Part shown: in pieces, positions 16,087-25,859 of the stretch
How positions within the stretch are numbered: the first letter of the stretch is position 1
Layout of the letters: the number at the start of each line of letters is the position of its first letter
DNA from: Candidatus Moraniibacteriota bacterium
GTDB taxonomy: Bacteria; Patescibacteriota; Minisyncoccia; Moranbacterales; GCA-2747515
NCBI GenBank assembly: GCA_038208115.1
Contig: JBBQZC010000003.1
Coordinates: 2,984-66,983, forward strand
Reading direction: 5' to 3'
DNA: 64,000 nt
Position numbers and translations under genes: made by a program
Notes under the pieces: model-generated
Databases searched by the model: none
Told to the model about the DNA's origin: nothing
The model's input: the letters and a program-made list of their open reading frames with translations, nothing else

Positions 16087-18201
16087 TTATTTTTCAGGTA
16101 TTACACTCTCATATCGTCCACGGAACTCGCTGTCAAAATAGCTTTTCTTGATGCCTAAATCTTGATCACACTTTGGACAAAAATCGTATTCTCCTTCGAG
16201 ATAGCCATGCTTTGGGCATATCGAGAATGTCGGAGTAATCGTAATGTATGGGAGTCGATAATTTGTCAAAATCTTTTTAATCAATTGTGCACACACTTCA
16301 CCAGAGCTGATCCTTTCACTCATATATCCATGGAATACCGTACCTCCCGTGTATTTTTTTTGTAATTCGTCTTGGAGATCCAATGCTTCAAAGATATCAT
16401 CAGTGTATCCTACTGGAAGTTGTGAGGAGTTGGTGTAATATGGCGCGTCTTCTGTACCAGCTTGGATAATATCTGCATATTGTTTTTTGTCTTCTTTTGC
16501 AAAACGATATGTAGTTCCCTCTCCCGGTGTTGCCTCCAGATTATAGAGATTGCCCGTTTCCTCCTGAAATTCTGACATTTTCTCGCGAATTCTATCCAGC
16601 GTTTCTTTTGCAAATTCTTGACCAAAGCTAGTCGTGATATTTTCATTGTCTTCTGTGAAATTTCGTATTGCTTCATTCATGCCATTGATGCCGATTGTGG
16701 AGAAATGATTATTGAGTTTTCCGAGATATCTCTTTGTATATGGAAATAATCCCCGATCCATCCATTTTTCGATTACCTCCCTCTTGATTTCGAGCGATGT
16801 CTTTGCTGCTTCCATGAGGTATATTACGCGAGCAATGAATTTTTCCCTTTCTCCAGCGCAGGTTTTACCGATACGCGCCATATTGATTGTTACCACACCA
16901 ATCGATCCCGTCATCTCCGCTGATCCAAATAAACCACCACCTCTCTTACGCAATTCTTTGAGATCTAATTGCAAACGACAACACATTGAGCGCACGTCAC
17001 TCGGATTGAGATCTGAGTTAATGAAATTCTGAAAGTATGGTGTTCCATATTTTGCGGTCATTTCGAACAGTGGCAATACTTTTGGATCATTCCAGTCAAA
17101 ATCCTTTGTAATGTTATATGTCGGGATTGGAAATGTAAATGTACGCCCCTTTGAATCACCTGCCATCATCACGTCGATAAAACACTTATTGATGAGATCC
17201 ATTTCTTTTTGCAATTCACCAAATGTGTGTGTAAATGGCTTGCCTCCTAGAATTAGTGTCTTTTTTTTGAGATCATCCGGACATACCCAGTCAAGTGTGA
17301 TATTGGTAAATGGTGTTTGTGTGCCCCATCTCGATGGAATGTTGAGATTGAATACAAATGATTGGATGTTTTGATATACAAAATTATAGAGCACTTCTAC
17401 ATAGTATTTTTCTTCCTTTTCGTGAGAAGGAAATGTCATACCATGTTTTTTGATCATTTCTCGTAATTCCATCTCCTTTTTCTTCACAAATGGCGCTAAA
17501 TATGTATCAAAGCTCGAGAATGCTTGTGCGCCTGCCCACTCATTTTGTAATGTTCCGAGAAAATTGATCATTTGTGCAACTGCACTAGAGAGATGTTTAG
17601 GCGGTTTTGATTCTACCTTGTTTGAAACGCCGTTAAATCCCTCTTCGAGTAGTGTCCGGAGACTCCATCCTGCACAATATCCAGAGAACATATCGAGATC
17701 ATGTATGTGTATATCAGCATTTCTATGCGCTTCACCGATCGCTTTTGGATAAATATGTGATAGCCAGTAGTTTGCAGTTACTTTTCCTGCTGTATTCAGT
17801 ATCATGCCCCCGAGCGAATATCCCTGATTGGAATTCGCATTTACACGCCAATCTAGCTGATCAAGGTATTCACTCATGGTTTTTTCTACATCCACCATCA
17901 CATTTTTGTCAGATCGTGCTTCTGTCCTCTTCTGTCTATATAAAATATAGTCTTTTGCAATCCGTGGATAGTTGAATTTTATGAGAGCCTCCTCGACCAT
18001 ATCCTGTACCTGTTCTACTGACGGAATTTCTTCTCCATAGTTTTCTGTCAGTCGTTTTTCAGCAAATTGTGCAATTTTATGTGCATTGAATTTTTTTTCT
18101 GGCTCAAAAGCCTGTGCTGCTTTTGTAATTGCCTTTTCGATCTTCAATATGTCAAAATCTACAATAGTACCGTTTCTTTTTTTTATTTTGTGTATTGCCA
18201 T
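16087..18201 (-). CDS. nrdD: Class III ribonucleoside-triphosphate reductase, large chain lacking the Gly-radical tail
   Basis: N-terminal ATP cone, HIHDL, FTFPIPT, SMCCRL, LEATPGE, CPKH...CPKC. Confidence 0.95.
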   Translation of the reverse strand: MAIHKIKKRNGTIVDFDILKIEKAITKAAQAFEPEKKFNAHKIAQFAEKRLTENYGEEIPSVEQVQDMVEEALIKFNYPRIAKDYILYRQKRTEARSDKNVMVDVEKTMSEYLDQLDWRVNANSNQGYSLGGMILNTAGKVTANYWLSHIYPKAIGEAHRNADIHIHDLDMFSGYCAGWSLRTLLEEGFNGVSNKVESKPPKHLSSAVAQMINFLGTLQNEWAGAQAFSSFDTYLAPFVKKKEMELREMIKKHGMTFPSHEKEEKYYVEVLYNFVYQNIQSFVFNLNIPSRWGTQTPFTNITLDWVCPDDLKKKTLILGGKPFTHTFGELQKEMDLINKCFIDVMMAGDSKGRTFTFPIPTYNITKDFDWNDPKVLPLFEMTAKYGTPYFQNFINSDLNPSDVRSMCCRLQLDLKELRKRGGGLFGSAEMTGSIGVVTINMARIGKTCAGEREKFIARVIYLMEAAKTSLEIKREVIEKWMDRGLFPYTKRYLGKLNNHFSTIGINGMNEAIRNFTEDNENITTSFGQEFAKETLDRIREKMSEFQEETGNLYNLEATPGEGTTYRFAKEDKKQYADIIQAGTEDAPYYTNSSQLPVGYTDDIFEALDLQDELQKKYTGGTVFHGYMSERISSGEVCAQLIKKILTNYRLPYITITPTFSICPKHGYLEGEYDFCPKCDQDLGIKKSYFDSEFRGRYESVIPEK

Positions 18202-18297
18202 ATCATGTCATTTTAGTAAAAGAAAAAAGCAAGAAATTTTTTCCTTACCCCTTCTAAATATGATTATACACTTATTTTTTTTTATTGCAAGGCCTCT

Positions 18298-18361
18298 TTA
18301 TCCACAGAATTTGAATACATACTATATGTAGTGGTTTTTGTCAGTACCCACCACTAGTAGT
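18298..18361. promoter_or_regulatory. nrdD upstream control region: DnaA box and NrdR box(es)
   Basis: TTATCCACA at 18298-18306; NrdR-like CACTACATATAGTATG (- strand, ~18318-18333) and a weaker second site at ~18346-18361. Confidence 0.65.
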
Positions 18362-18546
18362 TTTTTTCCTTTTTTTCTCACTTTGCTGTTATCGCTTATT
18401 TTTTTGATTGAATTTTCCGTTAGTTTATATCCGTATTAACAGTTCTTTGGTTATATTTATTCTTTTATTTTTTTCGTTTTTATTATTTTTCAATGGTTGT
18501 CGTTGTTATTATTCACGTGTCATTAAATTATGCATCATTAAAGAAA

Positions 18547-19281
18547 TGTTCCACGTGGAACAATCAACTTTTTTTTAATTTTGTGATCTAAAAGTGTATT
18601 TTATCTATTATCATAATGCTCTGTTCCACGTGGAACATTTTTATGCATTAAATCTTCAATTTCTACCATCTATTTTCTCATGTATTAGTCAAAGTATAAT
18701 AAATATGAGGATTTCTGTAAAATTTAATAATATTTTATATTAATTACATTTTTTAGTGGACACCTATGTTCCACGTGGAACACGTGTACTATATAACGCT
18801 GTCATTATTCGCCAATGATAAATATACTATACAAAAATGAGATTTCATTAAACTATGAATCAGAGATTTCGTTCGAAATTGAACGTAATATACATTTTTT
18901 GATCTAATTGTTCCACGTGGAACAATTAGATGTATATACTATACAACAAATGCAATCCGATTATAATATACAATGTTCCACGTGGAACAATTTGGGTAGT
19001 TTTTTACTTGTATCATTGATAAATTTGGTAAAACAACGAAATTCACGAGTAAATATCGCATTAATATCGCGAACTATTCTCAAAGCACTTTAGTATATAG
19101 TAACCTCGTAATGAAGAAATGCATATCAATAATGTTCCACGTGGAACATTATCCCATTGTATTATCAAAAAGCCTCTATAATATAACAGTTTTAACTAAA
19201 TCTTGCGCAAGTAATAAATTCTCAAAGATGAACAAAGCAAAGATGTCTGTGAGTGCCAATTATATTGTTCCACGTGGAACA
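18547..19281. repeat. parS centromere cluster: 7 copies of TGTTCCACGTGGAACA
   Basis: Perfect 16-bp palindromes starting at 18547, 18622, 18767, 18909, 18974, 19133 and 19266; match the chromosomal ParB/Spo0J parS consensus. Confidence 0.95.
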
Positions 19282-19500
19282 GGAAATTGATACGATAAAT
19301 AATTATAATAATAATCCATCTATGATATACTATATGAGGAAGCATCCGCTACATGAAAATCCCCAATACTTGACATAATTACTATTTTATTGTGTTGTAT
19401 CTTTTTTACTAGACATATCAATAATAATATAGTATAGTAAAAAATGCTCTTCAAATGACATATTTATATAAATGACATAATATGTATACACATTCACACT

Positions 19501-19572
19501 GTTCTCGTAGTTTAATGGATAAAACAAGTCACTCCTAAGGATTAGATGGAAGTTCGATTCTTCCCGAGGACA
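19501..19572 (+). tRNA. tRNA-Arg(CCT)
   Basis: Acceptor GTTCTCG/CGAGGAC, loop CTCCTAA, T-arm GGAAG-TTCGATT-CTTCC. Confidence 0.88.
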
Positions 19573-19618
19573 CAATATCTCGTTTATAATGCAATTAAGT
19601 AATAAATCCACACAACAT

Positions 19619-19948
19619 ATGAGTGATCGCATACGCAAAGTCAATGCATTGATTCACAAAGAAATGTCACGCATCATGACAGAAAATCTCAGTCTAAAAC
19701 CAGGATTATTTCTCACAATTTCAAAGATTGACACAACAGACGATCTACGATACACTCGTATATTCGTTCGCGTGTTTCCAGGGAAAGAAAGCGAGTATGG
19801 TATGAAAACACTTGAACACGAACGATTCACTCTTCAAAAGCAACTGCATAAAAAATTACAGATGAAAGTTTGTCCTAAAATTTCATTTGCTAACGACACG
19901 ACAGGTGATGAGGTAGACGAGATTGAACGACTACTCAAAGAGTCTTAG
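19619..19948 (+). CDS. rbfA: Ribosome-binding factor A
   Basis: MSDRIRKVNALI..., DLRYTRIFV, PKISFAND. Confidence 0.93.
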   Translation: MSDRIRKVNALIHKEMSRIMTENLSLKPGLFLTISKIDTTDDLRYTRIFVRVFPGKESEYGMKTLEHERFTLQKQLHKKLQMKVCPKISFANDTTGDEVDEIERLLKES

Positions 19949-19961
19949 GCAGTGAAGGGGA

Positions 19962-20966
19962 GTGTATATGAATAATATTTTCACGTTTATGCAGCAAAAA
20001 AATCTTTTTTACAAGGAATTTTGCACACTCCATTATATTTTAGATAATGCACGATCTGTATTGATTGTGCCACACGACAGTCCTGATCTCGATGCAGTCG
20101 GTAGCGCTGTTGCGCTTTCAGAATTCATCCAGTCAAACTATGCAGCAAAAACAACAATTTCCTGTCATGATATTTTACCTGAATCACTAAAAAATATCAT
20201 GCCTGAGATTATTTTTCACCATCCAGACAAGATCGATCTACAAAATTATGATGTATTGATTGGTTGCGACAGCGTTGAAAGAGGATTTAATCGTATAATC
20301 ACAGATATATCAGACGACTGTGTAACTATAACAATAGATCATCATCATGATATCAGTCTAACAACAGATCTTCAGATAATCGATTCACACTATGCAGCAA
20401 CTTGTGAAATCATATTTCGATTTATCGAACACACTAATAAACCGTACTCAAAAAAAGTAGCAACTGCACTACTTGCGGGCATCATCGGAGATACAGGCGC
20501 GTTTCAACACGCGAACACTACTGCGGAAATTTTACAGATGTCTGCTGAACTGATCAAAAAAGGAGCCTCTATTACAAAAATCATGTCGACACTATATGCA
20601 AATCGTAAAATTGAAACACTAAATCTATGGGGGAAAGCCCTGGAACGTACTCGTTATTATAGTGATACAGGTCTCGCCGTTACAGCAATCACAGAAGATG
20701 GGATCAATAATCATGAAATCAACTCAGCTGAAATATCCAATATTGCATCAATGCTTACAACAGTACCTTCGATCAAAGCTGCACTTATCATCTATCAAGC
20801 AGAAAAAAATCTCATCAAGGGTAGTCTGCGAGCAGAAAAATATGCAAATATCGATGTGTCTGCAATCGCACATACGCTCGGTGGAGGTGGACACAAACTT
20901 GCGAGCGGATTTACCATTCCTGGACGTATTGAATCCACCACAGATGGCGGTTGGCGTGTGGTATAA
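19962..20966 (+). CDS. nrnA: DHH/DHHA1 phosphoesterase (NrnA-like); start uncertain
   Basis: HDSPDLDAVGS, IDHH, GDTG, GSLR, GGGGHKLASG; follows rbfA. Confidence 0.88.
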   Translation: MYMNNIFTFMQQKNLFYKEFCTLHYILDNARSVLIVPHDSPDLDAVGSAVALSEFIQSNYAAKTTISCHDILPESLKNIMPEIIFHHPDKIDLQNYDVLIGCDSVERGFNRIITDISDDCVTITIDHHHDISLTTDLQIIDSHYAATCEIIFRFIEHTNKPYSKKVATALLAGIIGDTGAFQHANTTAEILQMSAELIKKGASITKIMSTLYANRKIETLNLWGKALERTRYYSDTGLAVTAITEDGINNHEINSAEISNIASMLTTVPSIKAALIIYQAEKNLIKGSLRAEKYANIDVSAIAHTLGGGGHKLASGFTIPGRIESTTDGGWRVV

Positions 20967-20977
20967 TACACAGTATT

Positions 20978-21571
20978 ATGGATACAAAACAACATGCACT
21001 CGAACAATTAAATATCACTATGCACGCACTCTGCGCATGCGAGCTGAAAAAAACAGCTCTTAACGTCGTTCCTGGAAAGGGAAGTGCTAATGCGAAGATC
21101 ATATTTATCGGCGAAGCTCCTGGAAAAAAAGAGGATGAGCTCGGCGAACCTTTTGTGGGCGCTGCAGGTAAATTACTTAGTGAATTACTCGCAACGATAA
21201 ATCTAAAAAGGGAAGATATCTATATCACAAACGTCGTCAAATATCGACCACCGGAAAATCGTGACCCTCTTCCAGAAGAAGTGACTGACTGCTGGTTGTG
21301 GCTACAGGAGCAGATCACATTGATAAATCCACAACTTATTATCCCCTTAGGACGACATGCCTTGGAACGCTTCGTGCCAGGGAGACGCATTTCCCTAGAT
21401 CACGGCAAAGCGTTTCGGAGAAATATCACAGGACTCGGCGATCGCGTGTATTATGCACTCTATCATCCTGCAGCAGCTTTATATAATGGTAGTTTACGTG
21501 AAACTTTATTTGTAGACTTCAGAAAGATTCCTACACTTATCAAAAAAATTGAGACATCACACAAACAATAA
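20978..21571 (+). CDS. Uracil-DNA glycosylase family 4
   Basis: GEAPGKKED, PFVGAAG, NVVKYRPPENRDP, YHPAA. Confidence 0.93.
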   Translation: MDTKQHALEQLNITMHALCACELKKTALNVVPGKGSANAKIIFIGEAPGKKEDELGEPFVGAAGKLLSELLATINLKREDIYITNVVKYRPPENRDPLPEEVTDCWLWLQEQITLINPQLIIPLGRHALERFVPGRRISLDHGKAFRRNITGLGDRVYYALYHPAAALYNGSLRETLFVDFRKIPTLIKKIETSHKQ

Positions 21572-21633
21572 TTATATGACTTATGTGTAAATTGACGTAA
21601 GCGTTCTTCTTTGATATTCTAGAGCATGTAGTA

Positions 21634-21704
21634 GGTCGTGTGGCCGAGCGGTTAGGCAAGGGTCTGCAAAACCCTGTACCCCGGTTCAAATCCGGGCGCG
21701 ACCT
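21634..21704 (+). tRNA. tRNA-Cys(GCA)
   Basis: Cloverleaf; AGGGT-CTGCAAA-ACCCT. Confidence 0.95.
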
Positions 21705-21721
21705 CAAATAAAAAACACCCT

Positions 21722-21806
21722 GCCTGGGTGGTGGAATTGGTAGACACGAAGGACTTAAAATCCTTTGAATGAATAATTCGTGCGAGTTCAAGTCTCGCCT
21801 CAGGCA
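21722..21806 (+). tRNA. tRNA-Leu(TAA)
   Basis: Cloverleaf with long variable arm; AAGGA-CTTAAAA-TCCTT. Confidence 0.95.
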
Positions 21807-21890
21807 CACGTACAAAAATAGTCTGGTTATATATGCTCTTTAAAAATCAGATTTCTTCATTAACGATTACCTTCATAAGGAGGATTAGGA

Positions 21891-22061
21891 ATGCCTTATA
21901 GTATCATAATTATTTTCACACTTTGTTTATTGGTACTTATATTTTTATTTCTCCGAAAACCATTAGCAAATTATAATCAATGGCGACACATTCACGGCCT
22001 CAAACACCAAACAACATCCTTTGATGCTGGAGAGGAACATGAATATACAGACAGCAATTGA
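21891..22061 (+). CDS. 56-aa single-TM small protein (MPYSIIIIFTLCLLVLIFLFLRKP...)
   Basis: Hand-translated; SD TAAGGAGG 7 nt upstream. Confidence 0.6.
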   Translation: MPYSIIIIFTLCLLVLIFLFLRKPLANYNQWRHIHGLKHQTTSFDAGEEHEYTDSN

Positions 22062-22170
22062 CTCATTCAGCAATGGACTAATTATGATGAAAATTTTTGT
22101 TGGTATTTCCGTCGCATTGACGATTATAGCCCTGGTAGTGGGAATTTATCCGCGCAGGAAGAAAAAGTGA
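22039..22170 (+). CDS. 43-aa single-TM small protein ending RRKKK
   Basis: Hand-translated; GGAGAGG upstream; followed by a terminator hairpin at ~22176-22213. Confidence 0.6.
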   Translation: MNIQTAIDSFSNGLIMMKIFVGISVALTIIALVVGIYPRRKKK

Positions 22171-22225
22171 AATGAAAAAAATACCCACCGCATTGTATTG
22201 CGATGGGTATTCTTATTTTTTTTCA

Positions 22226-22693
22226 TTATATGACAACGTACGCAGTGAGGTTTTTACGACCAAAAGCAAATGCTTGGTCTTTTGTTTCCATATAGATGTC
22301 AAACTTATTTCCTTTAATCGCACCACCGCGATCTTGACATTCATAGGTACCCATGCCTTCGATATGAATTTTTGTACCAAATGCATAGTTTTTAGGACAT
22401 GCAATTGTTTGATTTGCTTTCACTTTTTTACCAGAAGCTGTGATACCATCACTTTTACCACATTCATCAGCAGCAGCTGTATAAGCTGAAGCATTAATTG
22501 TAAATTTTTTTGGTTCTGGTTTTTTATATGTTGCTTTTTTGAATTCACCGCTTGTAATACCACATGCAATTCCGCCATTTTCTCCGTTCAAATAGGTATA
22601 TTTTGCAGCACGTTCTTCCATTGACTCCTCTTGTGCATACACTGTAAGGGCATTTGCTGTAAATAATAGGGCTAATATCAGTATAAATCTCAT
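22226..22693 (-). CDS. 3D-domain (putative lytic transglycosylase) exported protein
   Basis: ASAYT, GITASG, QDRGGAIKGNKFDIY; signal peptide. Confidence 0.9.
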   Translation of the reverse strand: MRFILILALLFTANALTVYAQEESMEERAAKYTYLNGENGGIACGITSGEFKKATYKKPEPKKFTINASAYTAAADECGKSDGITASGKKVKANQTIACPKNYAFGTKIHIEGMGTYECQDRGGAIKGNKFDIYMETKDQAFAFGRKNLTAYVVI

Positions 22694-23021
22694 TAAAGAG
22701 ACTAAATTGTTAGCGTGTCTACAATACTTCACCGAAGCTTTTCTTGTAGTGAACACGGCTAATGAAAACTCTCTTTATTCATTAACCAAATATTATAGCA
22801 TATAATTGTATATTTGTCAATCATTTCGACGACTCCTGATCTACACATATGATTCATAAACCTTTATAATAAGGCATTATTTGACATTCTTCTCGTAGAC
22901 ATTTCTCTGTATTATCTATATAATAGATATACTGAATCACATGCATACATTCACAATATTATGCAGATTACGCACAAACCCTTTGCACAATATAGTGTTA
23001 TAAAAAATTATAAAATTTCCT

Positions 23022-23537
23022 ATGAGCCGTAAACAAGATTGGAAAAGTCCAAAGATTGATATTCATTCCAGTCTAATTGAAGGAAAGGGTTTATTTGCGA
23101 ATTCAAACGTAAACCGAGGAGAAAAAATCATTGTTTGGGGAGGGAATTACACCAATGCAGATGGGGCAGAATTGATGAAAAATAAAGGTAAACTTGTTAT
23201 GCAATGGGACGACAATCTTTATAGCTACGAAGATACGGCTGAAGATGATGGGTATTTTATCAATCATTCCTGTGACTCTAATATGTGGATGGCTGACGCT
23301 TATACCTTAATAACGAATAGGGATATTAAATCGGGTGAAGAGTTAACTGTTGATTATGCACTCTTTGAAGCTAATGAGAAGTATATTTCAAAATGGAAGT
23401 GCACATGTGGTTCACCACTCTGTCGTGGCAAGGTCACGGGAGTTGATTGGAAAGAATCGTATTTGCAAAATCAATACAAAGAACATTTTTCACCTCTCCT
23501 CAACAAGCGGATTCAGAGATTGAACAATAATCTGTAG
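23022..23537 (+). CDS. SET-domain protein-lysine methyltransferase
   Basis: GKGLFA, FINHSCDSN, GEELTVDY, post-SET CTCGSPLCRG. Confidence 0.93.
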   Translation: MSRKQDWKSPKIDIHSSLIEGKGLFANSNVNRGEKIIVWGGNYTNADGAELMKNKGKLVMQWDDNLYSYEDTAEDDGYFINHSCDSNMWMADAYTLITNRDIKSGEELTVDYALFEANEKYISKWKCTCGSPLCRGKVTGVDWKESYLQNQYKEHFSPLLNKRIQRLNNNL

Positions 23538-23736
23538 TTGAGAATTGAAATTTTTTAGCTCCAAATAATAGTTTATACCCAAATCCAGAAATGAGCCTCT
23601 ATGAATTATATTAAAAAATGTAAATTTCTTCCACCCAAATTTTTATCTTTTATTATTAATAAAATATGATAAGAGAGCCTATCGCAAACATCGAGAAAAA
23701 GTGAAACAATATTTAATTTTTTTATTTTTCACACGT

Positions 23737-24399
23737 ATGCTAAAAAAAGAAATATTAATTAAACATTTAGTAAAAAGATATAAGCCAGAAGTAATATTAC
23801 TTGGTGGTTCTCGCGCGAAAAACACGCAGCGACCTGATAGTGATTGGGATATATATTTAGTTGGAAATTATAATATTGAAAATGAGCAATTTTCTGAACA
23901 GTTTTTAGGTGAACACTTAGACATAGCATTGTTCCCAAAATTTTTACTAGTTCATAATGTTTTGCGACTTTTTTATGGGCCTGTTAGCGATTTAGAAGCA
24001 CTTCTGGATAATGAAACTAATCTTGGATCTCAGATAGTCAATGCTACAAGAGAAGCATACACACAAAAACCAGATCCATTGTCTTCAGCTCAAATTATAA
24101 ATAAATTAAACTACCTGAACCGCATTTTAAGTAAAATGTATGGATTCAAAGAGAAGCCAGAAATATACTATTTTCACTTAGCACAATTTTATCAAACTAT
24201 ATTCCCTTATTGGTTTGAGTTTCAAGAAGAATGGTCTGTACCGATTCAATACGCAATGCCCATTATAAAATCGCGAGATTCACAATTTCACAAAATGCTT
24301 GATCCAATTATTAATAAATCTGACATTTCAAATCAAATATTAGCTTGTCAAAATATTGTAGATGACTTTAGAAAGAAATACCTCAATAATGCTATTTGA
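23737..24399 (+). CDS. Nucleotidyltransferase (Pol-beta superfamily) protein
   Basis: LGGSRA...DSDWDI motif plus helical C-terminal domain. Confidence 0.85.
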   Translation: MLKKEILIKHLVKRYKPEVILLGGSRAKNTQRPDSDWDIYLVGNYNIENEQFSEQFLGEHLDIALFPKFLLVHNVLRLFYGPVSDLEALLDNETNLGSQIVNATREAYTQKPDPLSSAQIINKLNYLNRILSKMYGFKEKPEIYYFHLAQFYQTIFPYWFEFQEEWSVPIQYAMPIIKSRDSQFHKMLDPIINKSDISNQILACQNIVDDFRKKYLNNAI

Positions 24400-24479
24400 T
24401 GTTAACAAAACTCATTTAGATAATTAGCAATCAAAAAACCATTTTTTCAGAAATGGTTTTTTGATTATGAAATATTCAA

Positions 24480-24806
24480 TTATTTTCCTTTTGATTTACC
24501 TGTTACTGTTTTTATCAGTTCTTTTTTATATGTTGCGATCTCACGATCAATAATTTTATCTGCATCTTCGACAAAATGGTCTATGTAGAGGAGAATCTTA
24601 TTTGGGTCATCTTTATTTTCATTGATTTTGTCGATGAACAATTCTTTCTTATCGTCTGTTGTTTTTTCGATTAATTTTGTGACAATGCGATGTGTCAAAA
24701 GTGCGTTGATCTCATCGAGGAGAAACAGTTTTTTTGATTCTGTAATATCTCCGAGATCAAGGTCACGAAAAAGTGCTGTTAATTTTTTTTTATTATGTGT
24801 GTGCAT
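24480..24806 (-). CDS. Hypothetical protein
   Basis: 108-aa helical ORF, co-oriented with upstream gene and followed by a terminator (~24432-24465). Confidence 0.75.
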   Translation of the reverse strand: MHTHNKKKLTALFRDLDLGDITESKKLFLLDEINALLTHRIVTKLIEKTTDDKKELFIDKINENKDDPNKILLYIDHFVEDADKIIDREIATYKKELIKTVTGKSKGK

Positions 24807-24816
24807 ATTTGTTTTT

Positions 24817-25626
24817 TTATTCTCCTAACATTTTTTCATACAGCCGATCAATCTGGTCACTTGTCATTGACTTTTCAGTTTCGTCTACAATTTCTTCTTC
24901 TTTTTTTTGAGGTGCTTCCACTGTCCGTTCCACACTATATATCTTTTCTTTTGCAAGATGTATTCTATAAGCCTCCATCGCATCATTACTACAGAACTTT
25001 GTCGCATTAATAGCAATTTTGTCTTTTTCAGCAAAAATTTTCATCGGATTATCTATATGTGAATCTGACAATCTCCACCCCACATATTCAGAAACAGTAT
25101 CATCATCAAACCCGTGAGCCCGTAATAATTGCTTTTGCTCACTCAAAAAATCTGACATAATCTTTTGTGACATTGTCTCTTTTAATCTTACTAATACATG
25201 CTGTGCTTGTTTCTCTGTAAGCTTTCTCTTTTCAATTGATTTTTGCGCGATTTCATCGATGTGAACATACTGTGAAAGATAGTGCATCACACCCTGATGC
25301 AAATCCACCATATCTTCAACCTCATCCAAGAGGTAATCCCTGTGATCTTTTACTTCTCCGTGTGAAGTTTTTTCTACTAGTGCTACCACTTCATGATTAA
25401 CGATGTCTTCCACTACATCACTATTTTTTGCCACATCACGTTTTTGGTCAAAAATTGTAAAAATGTCTGGCAATTCACCTACGCCCATAATACTTAAATG
25501 ATCTTCAAAATCGTGACGCTGTGACTTAAGCGCTTTATATAATTCATGCGCACTGCGCTCCTGCATGTTTTGAATTTTTTCTTGAGATCGTCCATTTGTA
25601 TAGCCTTTATCTATTTGTGTTTCCAT
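24817..25626 (-). CDS. Hypothetical protein
   Basis: 269-aa charged ORF. Confidence 0.8.
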   Translation of the reverse strand: METQIDKGYTNGRSQEKIQNMQERSAHELYKALKSQRHDFEDHLSIMGVGELPDIFTIFDQKRDVAKNSDVVEDIVNHEVVALVEKTSHGEVKDHRDYLLDEVEDMVDLHQGVMHYLSQYVHIDEIAQKSIEKRKLTEKQAQHVLVRLKETMSQKIMSDFLSEQKQLLRAHGFDDDTVSEYVGWRLSDSHIDNPMKIFAEKDKIAINATKFCSNDAMEAYRIHLAKEKIYSVERTVEAPQKKEEEIVDETEKSMTSDQIDRLYEKMLGE

Positions 25627-25763
25627 TGAATTTTCATTTTGCCATTACGTGCACATTATAGCACATAATTTTTACTTGTTGAATTAAATATAATTCACAA
25701 TGTGAAATTGACTTTTTAGCTGAAAAGTGGCACACTAAAAACGTAATCAATAATCAATAATTT

Positions 25764-25848
25764 AAAAAACTGTACGCTATGAAAATACATATTTGTACCT
25801 CTTTATAAAGTGCTATACATATGTATGTTTATAGTCTCACAGTTTTTT
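25764..25848 (+). promoter_or_regulatory. Long 5'-leader hairpin of pnp (RNase III-type site)
   Basis: AAAAAACTGT..CTAT..ATACATAT...ATATGTAT..ATAG..ACAGTTTTTT downstream of a TTGACT-17-CACACT promoter. Confidence 0.6.
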
Positions 25849-25859
25849 GAGATCAATTT

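Noticed and set aside
18547-19281. 16-bp palindromic repeats as CRISPR
   Set aside because: Exact match to the parS consensus; too short, with variable spacer lengths.
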